A stretch of 64,000 nt of DNA. Source: Lentisphaeria bacterium (GTDB lineage: Bacteria > Verrucomicrobiota > Lentisphaeria > JABSQK01 > JAWLHB01). The stretch lies in assembly GCA_041690595.1 (NCBI GenBank), contig JAWLHB010000031.1, positions 1-64,000 of the forward strand. Reading direction: 5' to 3'. The notes below the pieces were generated by a model. The model saw nothing but the letters and a program-made list of their open reading frames with translations. It was not told the origin of the DNA and did no database searches. Positions 10,301-18,459 of the stretch are shown here, piece after piece. The stretch's first letter is position 1; each line of letters starts with the position of its first letter. A program made the translations under genes and the position numbers.

Positions 10301-10727
10301 CATGGATGACCTGAATCTGATGACCGGCGTCCTGGCTCTCCGAACCGCCCGCCTGGTGGCAGGGGTCGACGATCGCGATGACCAGCAGCTCAAGCTCTTG
10401 CCCCGCCTGCCGGAGGAATGGGGCAATATCGCCGTGGACAATTGGCTCGTTTCGCACAACTTCGCCGGTGGCGGGGTCCATCCGATCACCTACACCTACC
10501 GGCGCATGGAGAACAACCAGTATACCATGAGCTTCAAGAGCGACCGCCCGGTCGAGCAACTGCAGATGCGCTTTGGCCCCTTCCCCCGGGGCGTGCGCCG
10601 GGTACTGCTCAGTGGCAGCGGCATGCAGGAACGCATCGCGGCCACGGATGAAGGAGCGCACGCATGGGCCTACAAGACGCTGCGCAATGTCTCCGAAGTC
10701 AACCTCAGCTGTCGTCCAGTCAACTAG
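7389..10727 (+). CDS. Large secreted protein: N-terminal CBM9-like sugar-binding domain, C-terminal putative (alpha/alpha)-barrel glycosidase
   Basis: Signal peptide MRNAFLLCFCLVVSLS; RMAWDSEALYVRLDVVDD...IPF CBM9-like motif; C-terminal LKLLPRLPEEW resembles the ends of six-hairpin glycosidases. Confidence 0.55.
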   Translation: MRNAFLLCFCLVVSLSMVHGALVDEAIIAPSIEQEYMSASVENDPFANCPSYGLQSARQVLLAGDKSAEWNEDYQANVRMAWDSEALYVRLDVVDDSRVTAPPSEGTSSDGDSFTLCYLYRTVGPNRRATLPWYVHLYPDFENNTVRVIAEAQDKVTAARLGQPEAIMFKQQINYSIVARIPFGGWEDAPKAGTFMRLQILFADDDDANTPGINHLFSYFPTDSGRVEAARDLAGFGQLNFVNKVWLDLRADGALFSEGQFHGRLRYGNLTSEARQASIEVLPFNRDPAQTGLEPVISTIPSVDMPPNSKRDEILVTLPMQELAAKTVVRLRAVSGVYNAPTVVVVHSVNNMVYLPLKIERQKQQSARDLLVYQSRTGLLDTMRYMAGGGTVIWNVGRYDASSAEFPEFLREKAEYTISLPEAKPNVVPWALLGGRDRLDGMAEPLHMKMLPEIFTQHEKFSPPLPEFDYLSNDRRHQRKAVRSTRLLLIGFVYDYIDDESMPEIVISAGHRRLLREKLIGTPVGGVGKRHSYVLRVWLEEATEYSQLSVTNVAPFGPRAEIDFMALIAGGPPAIYATGDAAIRFGGSPEAEIFTRQLATSKFFLRNYFISRTGDCYESLPGGRGGMAHLDDYGLFMEELAAWGALDAARELGVNITTHMNTLRERYLRQGEVTLGYPSLLIGLHALRRKSPTYNVARGWLSVVHRPVTDMIETMNRHPLGLIDVTDPRYTEQVRPGATLTMAVATEAALRAAADMAGALGWRQSVTSWKREADRIPDRIDSLLTAPAGGMRLVVDEPVPGGFGLAPQETIYDELPAQAWLYGRYTDRRPIIHTGGRRVFDTPYVLSPLPYYVSLKGFSLDERTRVSLSTTLNYLYIASPLFQGTTRPTFLTHGILEYDTSDIQLLTVMAALLADNSAIATKLLNAYIRYNFDEYAPLPDEPGRRADAEISPYTFQQKLNVSPEGENLGASMDDLNLMTGVLALRTARLVAGVDDRDDQQLKLLPRLPEEWGNIAVDNWLVSHNFAGGGVHPITYTYRRMENNQYTMSFKSDRPVEQLQMRFGPFPRGVRRVLLSGSGMQERIAATDEGAHAWAYKTLRNVSEVNLSCRPVN

Positions 10728-10741
10728 AAAAGCAGGCAAGC

Positions 10742-11800
10742 ATGTTTTTTCGCGAGAGCATCTCGGCGATGTCCGGCTATACTCCAGGTGAGCAGCCGAA
10801 AGACCGCCCCTTCATCAAGCTGAACACCAACGAAAATCCCTATCCGCCCTCCGCCGCCGTGAAGGCGGCCATCGCCGCTCTCGATCTCGATCGGCTGAAT
10901 CGCTATCCGCGGCCGACAGCGGACGGCGTTCGAGACGCCATCGGCGAACTCTACGATGTCTCCCGCAACTGGGTCCTGGCGGGCAACGGCTCCGATGACA
11001 TCCTCACCATCGTCATGCGCTGCTTTGTCGACCAGGGAGGGCTCATCGCCTACCCGGATCCGACGTATTCGCTCTATCCCGTCCTGGCGGCGATCCAGGG
11101 AGCGGGCACGGTGGAGATTCCCTTGGAAAGCGACTTCTCACTGCCGCGCAACCTCCTGAAGAAGGCGGCGGGAGCAAGCCTGCTCTTCCTGGCCAGGCCA
11201 AATGCGCCCACCGGCGTGGCCTACCCCCTGGCCGCTGTCGAACGCCTCTGCGAAGAGTTCGACGGCATCGTCCTGATCGATGAAGCGTATGCCGATTTTG
11301 CCGAGGACAACTGCATCGGCCTGGCGCTCAAGTACGACAATGTGATCGTATCGCGGACCCTCTCCAAGAGCTATTCTCTGGCGGGCGTGCGCTTCGGATA
11401 TGCGCTCGCCAATCCCGAGCTGATCGCCGGCATGCTCAAGGTGAAGGATTCCTACAACGTGAATGCCGTGACGCAGGTCGTGGCGGAGGCCGCTATCCGT
11501 GACCAGGAGGCGATGCTGCGCACCGTCGCGCTGATCAAAACAACCCGCGAACGCGTGGCCAAACGGCTGGCGCAACTCGGTTTCGGGATCTGCCCATCGG
11601 CGGCCAACTTCCTCTTTGTGAAGCCACCGGCGCCGCTGGCCGCGGCGGCGTACGTCGAGGCGCTGCGCGAAGCGGATATTCTGGTGCGCTATTTCTCCTA
11701 TCCACGGACGCGGGATCATGCGCGCATCACCATTGGCACCGACGCCGAGATGGACCGCCTGATCGCGGCCACCGAAGCTATCCTGAACCAGCGCGGCTGA
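10742..11800 (+). CDS. hisC: Histidinol-phosphate aminotransferase
   Basis: KLNTNENPYPPS, GNGSDD, PNAPTG, DEAY, RTLSKSYSLAGVRFGY (PLP lysine). Confidence 0.95.
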   Translation: MFFRESISAMSGYTPGEQPKDRPFIKLNTNENPYPPSAAVKAAIAALDLDRLNRYPRPTADGVRDAIGELYDVSRNWVLAGNGSDDILTIVMRCFVDQGGLIAYPDPTYSLYPVLAAIQGAGTVEIPLESDFSLPRNLLKKAAGASLLFLARPNAPTGVAYPLAAVERLCEEFDGIVLIDEAYADFAEDNCIGLALKYDNVIVSRTLSKSYSLAGVRFGYALANPELIAGMLKVKDSYNVNAVTQVVAEAAIRDQEAMLRTVALIKTTRERVAKRLAQLGFGICPSAANFLFVKPPAPLAAAAYVEALREADILVRYFSYPRTRDHARITIGTDAEMDRLIAATEAILNQRG

Positions 11801-11818
11801 TACCGGGGAGCGTGCAGC

Positions 11819-12976
11819 ATGCCGGAGCCCGGCATCAAGCCCATCGCCTATGTGACCGCCCGCTTTCCCCGCTGGAGCGAGACCTTCATCCAGCGCGAAG
11901 TGCAGCTGCTGGTCGAGCGAGGCGTTCCCGTCGTTGTCTTCAGCCTTTTCCCCTCCAATGTGCCGCTGGCCGCTGGACTGCCAAAGCCGATCGTCCTCTC
12001 GCCTCCCCACGAGTTGGAGACTGGTGACGATGATCCACTGCCGGCGATCCCGTCGCCACGGCTGCCGCGCCTGATGCATAGGTACGCGTCGTTGCTGAAG
12101 CATGCACGGCTCCTTCTGCGGCTGCGGGCGGAACTGCGCGAGCGCAATATCGGCCACGTGCACGGCGCCTTTGCCGATCTCCCCGGCCTGCTCGCCGCCG
12201 CCGCCGCTCGCCAGGAGGGGCTGCCCTACTCCATCTCCATGCATGCGGCCGATGCACTCGACCGCAAGTACGACGATCGCTTCCTCTTTGCGAACGCCGC
12301 CTTCATCACCATCTGCAACCGGCGCGTCCACGAAATCTTCATCCGCGATTGCCCCCAGTTCGCCGCCAGGACACACCTCATTCCCCACGGTATCCCGCTC
12401 GCCGAGTGGCCAATGCGCCGGGAGCCATGGAAAGCGCACGCCCCCCTGCGCCTCCTCTTTGTCGGGCGCCTCGTTCCGCGCAAACGGCCCGCCTTTGCCA
12501 TGGCCGTTCGCGATCGCCTGCAAGCCAATGGCATACCCGCGGAATTGACCGTCATTGGCGACGGTCCCCTTGCCTCCCAGCTGCTCGGTCGCGAAGGGGT
12601 GAACCTTCTGGGCGTGCTCCCGCCCGCACAGGTTCGGGAAGCCATGCATACGGCCGACCTTCTCCTGATCTGCAGCCGCGAAGAGCGCGACCGCGACATG
12701 GAAGGGCTCCCCAACATCATCCTGGAAGCCATGGCCAGCGGCCTCCCCGTCGCCGGCACCGTCACCGGCAGCATCGGCGAGCTGCTCGACGACACGACAG
12801 GCCACACCTGCCAGGCAACGGTCGACAGCTGCTTCGACACGATGTCGTCCCTTCTTCAGGATCCCATAATGGTGCGGAAGCGGCTCCTTCAGGCGCGCGA
12901 GCGGGTAACGCGCGACTATGATGCCCAGGTTCATGTCGAGCGCCACATCGAGCTGTATCGCCAACACTCCACCTGA
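11819..12976 (+). CDS. GT4 family glycosyltransferase
   Basis: SETFIQRE N-terminus, FVGRLVPRK, EGLPNIILEAMASGLPV. Confidence 0.9.
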   Translation: MPEPGIKPIAYVTARFPRWSETFIQREVQLLVERGVPVVVFSLFPSNVPLAAGLPKPIVLSPPHELETGDDDPLPAIPSPRLPRLMHRYASLLKHARLLLRLRAELRERNIGHVHGAFADLPGLLAAAAARQEGLPYSISMHAADALDRKYDDRFLFANAAFITICNRRVHEIFIRDCPQFAARTHLIPHGIPLAEWPMRREPWKAHAPLRLLFVGRLVPRKRPAFAMAVRDRLQANGIPAELTVIGDGPLASQLLGREGVNLLGVLPPAQVREAMHTADLLLICSREERDRDMEGLPNIILEAMASGLPVAGTVTGSIGELLDDTTGHTCQATVDSCFDTMSSLLQDPIMVRKRLLQARERVTRDYDAQVHVERHIELYRQHST

Positions 12977-12982
12977 ATCGGA

Positions 12983-13045
12983 TTGACTTGCGGCGCGGAA
13001 GGAGTGTAGCCTAGAGGATAAGCAGCGGGAGCTCCCCCCCCCCCC
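12983..13045 (+). promoter_or_regulatory. Putative sigma70 promoter followed by a C12 homopolymer
   Basis: TTGACT (12983-88), 18-nt spacer, TAGCCT (13007-12); run of 12 C at 13034-13045. Confidence 0.4.
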
Positions 13046-13091
13046 GCGCCGGACCTTACCAGGCAAACCCATGAGCGTGTGAGTCTTCTTC

Positions 13092-14201
13092 ATGACCAGG
13101 TATCCGAGGCTGATTCCATTTCCTCCCAACCGGGTCCGTCGAAATTACCGCGGCGGGAGAGGTATCGACGACTTCGAGGGGCACCCGGACGGGCTCGACA
13201 ACGACCAACCGGAAGATTGGCTCGCCTCGACCGTTCCGGCCAACAATCCAGGGATGCCGCCGATACCGGGCGAAGGTATCGCGGAAGTGCACCTTGGCGA
13301 AGAGCACCTTGTTCCCTTCAAACACCTGATCGAGGAGGCGCCGCGACACTTTCTGGGCGAGGAGCATGTCGCCCGCCACGGGGTGCAACTGGGTTTTCTG
13401 GCAAAACTTCTCGACTCCGCCATGCGGCTGCACGTCCAGGCTCATCCCACCGCCGACTTTGCGCGGAATCGTCTCGACTCCCCATGGGGAAAGCTGGAGA
13501 CCTACGTGATTCTCGGCATACGCCAGGGGCAGGATCCCTGGCTGCGCCTGGGTTTCCAGCACGCGCCGACCCGCGAGGAATGGCGGCGGATCATCGAGGA
13601 GCAGGACATCGCCGCCATGGATGCCTGCTTCGAACCCGTGCCGGTTCATGTGGGCGAGGCGTTCGTGGTCCCGGGCGGCTTGCCCCATGCCATCGGGCCG
13701 GGGCTCTTCGTCCTCGAAGTCATGGAGCCCAGCGACCTGGTCGTACGCTGCGAGTTCGAGCGCGAGGGCATTGTCGTCCCTCCGGAAGCGCGCTTCATGG
13801 GGCGCGACCTCGACTTCTGCCTCGATATCTTCGACTACACCGAATACTCGGTCCACGAGATCCGCCAAAGGATGAAGATCCAGCCAGAACTCCTCAGTGA
13901 GACGGACGTCATGCGGGAGGAACGCCTGATCGGCTCCGAACAGACGGGCTCCTTCGAAATCCGCCGCCTGCATCTGCGCGAGCCGGTGACGCTGGAATCC
14001 GATGGCCGCTTTCAACTGGTCCTTGTTGTTGGCGGCAACGGCCATGTGGAGGCACAAGGCGAGCACCTGCCGCTGCGCCGCGCCATCCGCTATTTCCAGG
14101 CCGCCGCCAACCCCCATGTCCGCTACGTCCCCAACACCCCACTCGACCTGATCCTCATCCTCCCCCCAGATGCCCCCCCGGAAAATATCGGTGAAGCTTG
14201 A
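13092..14201 (+). CDS. Class I mannose-6-phosphate isomerase-like cupin protein
   Basis: LAKLLDSAMRLHVQAHP, KLETY, VPGGLPHAIG, EVMEPSD. Confidence 0.8.
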   Translation: MTRYPRLIPFPPNRVRRNYRGGRGIDDFEGHPDGLDNDQPEDWLASTVPANNPGMPPIPGEGIAEVHLGEEHLVPFKHLIEEAPRHFLGEEHVARHGVQLGFLAKLLDSAMRLHVQAHPTADFARNRLDSPWGKLETYVILGIRQGQDPWLRLGFQHAPTREEWRRIIEEQDIAAMDACFEPVPVHVGEAFVVPGGLPHAIGPGLFVLEVMEPSDLVVRCEFEREGIVVPPEARFMGRDLDFCLDIFDYTEYSVHEIRQRMKIQPELLSETDVMREERLIGSEQTGSFEIRRLHLREPVTLESDGRFQLVLVVGGNGHVEAQGEHLPLRRAIRYFQAAANPHVRYVPNTPLDLILILPPDAPPENIGEA

Positions 14202-14331
14202 TTATGTTGGTGAGCGTACTATCCTAAGTCGACGACTGAACAAGCCGCCTGACCGGCTGTGTTCGTGGCTGCAACACAGGCAGGCGACAGAGGTTAACCG
14301 CGCAGCTCGGCGCTCCTCTTGGGGACATCCT

Positions 14332-14805
14332 TTGACTCAACCGGTGACATACTACGAGAGTGCCATCCGCGACGTCACCTTTGGCGAAGGGGTGACCATC
14401 GTCAAGCCTGCCAACCTGTACGAATGCAGCCTGGGCGATGGCTGCTTTGTCGGCCCCTTCACGGAGATCCAGCGGGGAGTACGCATCGGTGCGCGCACCC
14501 GCGTACAGTCGCACGCCTTCATCTGCGAGCTGGTGACCATCGGCGACGACTGCTTCATCTCGCACGGCGCCAAGTTCGTCAACGACCTCTTTCGCTCAGG
14601 CAGCTTGTCGCGCGATCCGACCGAATGGTATCCGACCAAGATCGGGAACCGGGTCCTGATCGGCACCAACGCCACGATCCTGCCAGTGACCATTGTCGAC
14701 GATGTGGTCGTCGGCGCCGGCTCGGTCGTCACCCGCGATCTGCTTCAACCCGGCGTCTATGCCGGCAATCCGGCACGTTTTCTCAGACCCAAGGAGACTG
14801 AATAA
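14332..14805 (+). CDS. Hexapeptide-repeat sugar N-acetyltransferase (WbpD/FdtC-like)
   Basis: Left-handed beta-helix repeats, FVND, VGAGSVVTRD...YAGNPAR; TTG start inferred. Confidence 0.85.
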   Translation: MTQPVTYYESAIRDVTFGEGVTIVKPANLYECSLGDGCFVGPFTEIQRGVRIGARTRVQSHAFICELVTIGDDCFISHGAKFVNDLFRSGSLSRDPTEWYPTKIGNRVLIGTNATILPVTIVDDVVVGAGSVVTRDLLQPGVYAGNPARFLRPKETE

Positions 14806-14807
14806 TC

Positions 14808-15917
14808 ATGGGCATTCCCCTGGTGAACCTGCAGCGCAACTTCCAGCGCTATCGTGCCGACTACGAGCGAATTCTGGTGGAGGCAGCGGGCAAGTGCGAC
14901 TATGTACTGGGTTCGCACGTCAAGGCCTTCGAGGAAGAGTTCGCGGCTTATCTCGGGGTGCGCCACGTCATTGGCGTCGGCTCCGGAACGGACGCGCTGC
15001 GCCTCATCCTGCGGGCGTTGAAGCTGCCGGCCGGCGCCATCGCGGTGACCCAGGCTTCCACCTTCTTCGCCACCGCCCTCGCCGCCCGCGAGGCAGGCTG
15101 CACGCTCGCTCTGTGTGACTGCCATGAGGATACCGGGGCCATGGATCCCGCCACTGCCGCACAGACTCCAGCCGTCGTCATGCCCGTCGACCTCTTCGGC
15201 CTGCCGGCCAACATGGACGAGGTACGCCGGACCTTCGGCAGCCATGTACTGATCGTGGAGGATGCCGCCCAGGCCCATGGCAGCCGTATCGGCAAAGCCA
15301 TGTGTGGCGCCTTGGGTATCGCTGCCGGTTTCAGCTTCTATCCCGGCAAGAACCTGGGCGCTTTCGGCGATGGCGGCGCGGTCTCAACGAATGACGACGC
15401 CCTGGCCGAAGAGATCCGCGGGCTGCGCAACTGGGGATCGACGGTCAAGTACGTGCACGAGATGGAAGGGGGCAACAGCCGCCTGGACAACCTGCAGGCG
15501 GGTATCCTGCGCTTCAAACTCCACCAGCTCGATGAGTGGAACGCGCGGCGCAATCAGTTGGTAGAGCGGTACCGCCAGGCGCTCGGAGCGGAGCCGGCCA
15601 TTACCCTGCCGCCCCGCCCGGCCGAGGGAGTCCTCAGCTGCTGGCATCTCTTTCCGATCCGTGTCGCCCCCGCCATTCGCGACCAGATTCTCAAGGCGCT
15701 CAACGAGGCGGGAGTCGGCGCCGGCATTCACTACCCGATACCGATCCACCGGCAGAAGGCGTATGCCAACCTGCCGATCGCCCGCCAAACTTTCCCGGCG
15801 GCCGAAGCGCGTGCCGTATCGATGATCAGCCTGCCCCTTTGTCCCGATCTGCGGGATGATGAACTGGACCAGGTCTGCGACCACCTCCTCACGGCGGTTG
15901 GCCGCGCCCAACGTTGA
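14808..15917 (+). CDS. DegT/DnrJ/EryC1/StrS sugar aminotransferase
   Basis: SGTDAL, EDAAQAHG, FSFYPGKNLGAFGDGG, GNSRLD. Confidence 0.95.
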   Translation: MGIPLVNLQRNFQRYRADYERILVEAAGKCDYVLGSHVKAFEEEFAAYLGVRHVIGVGSGTDALRLILRALKLPAGAIAVTQASTFFATALAAREAGCTLALCDCHEDTGAMDPATAAQTPAVVMPVDLFGLPANMDEVRRTFGSHVLIVEDAAQAHGSRIGKAMCGALGIAAGFSFYPGKNLGAFGDGGAVSTNDDALAEEIRGLRNWGSTVKYVHEMEGGNSRLDNLQAGILRFKLHQLDEWNARRNQLVERYRQALGAEPAITLPPRPAEGVLSCWHLFPIRVAPAIRDQILKALNEAGVGAGIHYPIPIHRQKAYANLPIARQTFPAAEARAVSMISLPLCPDLRDDELDQVCDHLLTAVGRAQR

Positions 15918-15930
15918 AAGGAACGACTCG

Positions 15931-16959
15931 ATGAAGACCCCTGTTCGCATCGCCCAGATTGGACTCGGCCGCTGGGGCCCCAACCTCCTGCGCAACATGC
16001 TCGACAATCCCCTCGCCGAAGTCCGCGCCGTCTGCGACCGATCCGCCGACCAGCTGGCGAAAGTCGCTCGCTACGACCTTACGACCACCCAGGAGGCCGG
16101 CGACGTACTGAAGGCCGGCAATGACGTCGATGCGGTGATCGTCGCCACCCCCCTGTCGACGCACTACGAGCTGACCCGGCAGGCACTGGAGAGCGGCAAA
16201 CATGTCTTCGTGGAGAAACCGCTGACGCGGACGGTTGCCGAAGCGCGGGAGCTGGTGGAGTTGGCGCGGAGCCGGGGGCTGATGCTGATGGTGGGCCACG
16301 TCTTCATGTACAACTCAGGCATTCGCTACATGAAGAAACTGATCGACGATGGGGAGCTGGGACGCATCCTCTTCGTCCACGGATTGCGCTGCAATCTCGG
16401 GCCGATTCGCGACGATGCCAGCGCGCTGTGGGATCTCGCGTCCCATGACATCTCCATCTTCTCCTATTGGCTCAATGCGGGCCCCGAAGCGGTCTCCGCG
16501 ATTGGCTGTCCGGTACTCGGCCAGCAGCTCGCTGACGTGATCAACGCCAACTTCCACTATCCCGGCAATGTCACCTGCCAGATCCTGGCCTCATGGCTGC
16601 ATCCGAAGAAGATCCGCCAGATCACCGTGGTGGGCGATCATCGCATGGCTGTATGGGACGACATGGCCCTAAACGAGCCCATTCGCGTCTTCGACAAGTC
16701 GGTGACCTTGCGCGAACAGACCCATGGCACCTTTGCCGAGTTCAAATTCACCATTGCAGAGGGGGATCAGGTCATACCCAAGATCGCCCAGTGCGAGCCC
16801 CTCCGGGCCGAGTGCGATCACTTCATCGAGTGCCTGGCAAACGACCGCCAACCGCTGTCCGACGGCGCCAATGGTCTGGAGGTGGTGCGAGCGCTGGCGG
16901 CGGCGGAAGCCTCCATTTCGGCCGGCGGCACACGTATCGACCTTGCCGGCATGGGTTAG
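15931..16959 (+). CDS. Gfo/Idh/MocA oxidoreductase (nucleotide-sugar 3-dehydrogenase-like)
   Basis: GLGRWG Rossmann motif, GKHVFVEKP, WDLASHD. Confidence 0.9.
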   Translation: MKTPVRIAQIGLGRWGPNLLRNMLDNPLAEVRAVCDRSADQLAKVARYDLTTTQEAGDVLKAGNDVDAVIVATPLSTHYELTRQALESGKHVFVEKPLTRTVAEARELVELARSRGLMLMVGHVFMYNSGIRYMKKLIDDGELGRILFVHGLRCNLGPIRDDASALWDLASHDISIFSYWLNAGPEAVSAIGCPVLGQQLADVINANFHYPGNVTCQILASWLHPKKIRQITVVGDHRMAVWDDMALNEPIRVFDKSVTLREQTHGTFAEFKFTIAEGDQVIPKIAQCEPLRAECDHFIECLANDRQPLSDGANGLEVVRALAAAEASISAGGTRIDLAGMG

Positions 16960-16968
16960 GCGGACGCC

Positions 16969-18459
16969 ATGACGGCGCGTGACGTCATCGTCCGGTATCG
17001 CCTGGTCATCGTCCTGATTGTGGCTGCCGCGCTGCCCCTGCTGGCCCCCGGTGATGCGCCCTTCGTGAACGACGAAGCGATGCTCATCGGCAACGCCCTG
17101 CTGCACAATGCCGAAGGAAACCTGGCAAAGCATGGCCTGATGGGGACCATGGGCGTGGTCTATGGCCCCCTGCCCACCCTCTTCTACCAGCTCATGCTGG
17201 CGGTGACGCACAACCTTGTCGTCATCGTCTTCGTCAAGTACCTGATCGCGACAGGGCTGCTCCTGTGGGTGATGGTCTGGCTCGGCCGGGAGACGGGGCT
17301 GGTGCGCTGGGCGGGCTGCCTCATCGCGATCAGTCCCTATGTGCTCATCTTCCATCGCAGCCTGTGGGACGACGGCTTCATCATCCCTCTCTGCGCGTGG
17401 CTGGTGCTGGCCTACGCGCGCTTCCTGAGGACGGAGCACGTCCGGTGGCTGGCGTTGGCGGCCGCGCTGTGCGTGGTGCTGGTCTACACTCAGTTCAAGG
17501 TGGTCTTCATCCTGATTGCCGCGTCGACGGCATGCGTCGCCTTCAGTTGGAAGCTGATGCTTCGGCGCTGGCCCCTGGTGCTGGCCACGCTGGGTGTCGG
17601 CGCGCTCCTCTGCCTGCCTTACCTGCTGTACATCATGCAGAACATGGCGTCCCAGGCGGATCTTGCCACGCCCCGCTGGCGCGCCCTCGCCACCAGCCTG
17701 ACCATTGTTCGCGTCTTTTCCTTCGTCGGGTGGGCGGACACTTACCTCCCCTCCCTCAAAAGCGACTCCTTCCTCCTGCCCGGCGCTCTCCGCGCGCTCC
17801 TGATCGCCCTCACCGCCAGTATCGTCCCCTTCGTCGCCATCGGCCTGCTCCGGTCAATCCTGGTCATGCGAGCGTGGGCGCCAGATACGCGAATCCGCCG
17901 CTATCTCATCCTGACGTCCTGGCTCGTGATCGCGCTGCAGCTCGCCTTCTTCGTCGGCCAGGGACGCAACTGCTCTCCCCACTACATGACGGCCGTCTGG
18001 GTGGCATGGTTCTATCTCGCCTGGGAGGCGATCGACTGGCTGTGCACGGTTCGCTGGGGCCGATGGTGGGCGTTCACTTACTCCGGCGCCATGCTGGTAC
18101 TGTGGGTGACCGCCTTGGTGCACCTCCACCAGGTTGGCGGATCGCGGGAGATCATGTATGGCACGGTGCTTTCCAATCAGCTCGAGGTGGCGCGTGAGCT
18201 GGTGAGGCACCCTACCCGCCAACCGATAGCGGTGCCGGTGCAGAACTATCGGGAGTTTCCGCATACGCTGGCGGTGCTCCGGCAGTTGGAGCATTCGCGC
18301 CTCGAAGCGCCCCCACCCGTGTCGGAGAACACCTACATGCTGGTGACCTATCGCGACCCAGCCAGTCCGCACAGCGGCTGGTTACGCGTAATCAGGTCGG
18401 AAGAGCCGTTTGGTCCCTTCCTGCCGCGTCCGGCGCCGCCGGCGGAGAAGGCCCCCTGA
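16969..18459 (+). CDS. Polytopic membrane protein, GT-C (ArnT/PMT-like) glycosyltransferase candidate
   Basis: About 10 hydrophobic segments; NDE motif after TM1; YGPLP; located in a sugar operon. Confidence 0.6.
   Translation: MTARDVIVRYRLVIVLIVAAALPLLAPGDAPFVNDEAMLIGNALLHNAEGNLAKHGLMGTMGVVYGPLPTLFYQLMLAVTHNLVVIVFVKYLIATGLLLWVMVWLGRETGLVRWAGCLIAISPYVLIFHRSLWDDGFIIPLCAWLVLAYARFLRTEHVRWLALAAALCVVLVYTQFKVVFILIAASTACVAFSWKLMLRRWPLVLATLGVGALLCLPYLLYIMQNMASQADLATPRWRALATSLTIVRVFSFVGWADTYLPSLKSDSFLLPGALRALLIALTASIVPFVAIGLLRSILVMRAWAPDTRIRRYLILTSWLVIALQLAFFVGQGRNCSPHYMTAVWVAWFYLAWEAIDWLCTVRWGRWWAFTYSGAMLVLWVTALVHLHQVGGSREIMYGTVLSNQLEVARELVRHPTRQPIAVPVQNYREFPHTLAVLRQLEHSRLEAPPPVSENTYMLVTYRDPASPHSGWLRVIRSEEPFGPFLPRPAPPAEKAP

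Noticed and set aside
8595..13129. Long minus-strand ORFs (714 and 663 aa); likewise 37134-39170, 54955-57327 and 59224-61806
   Set aside because: They overlap better-supported genes on the opposite strand and have no recognisable domains.
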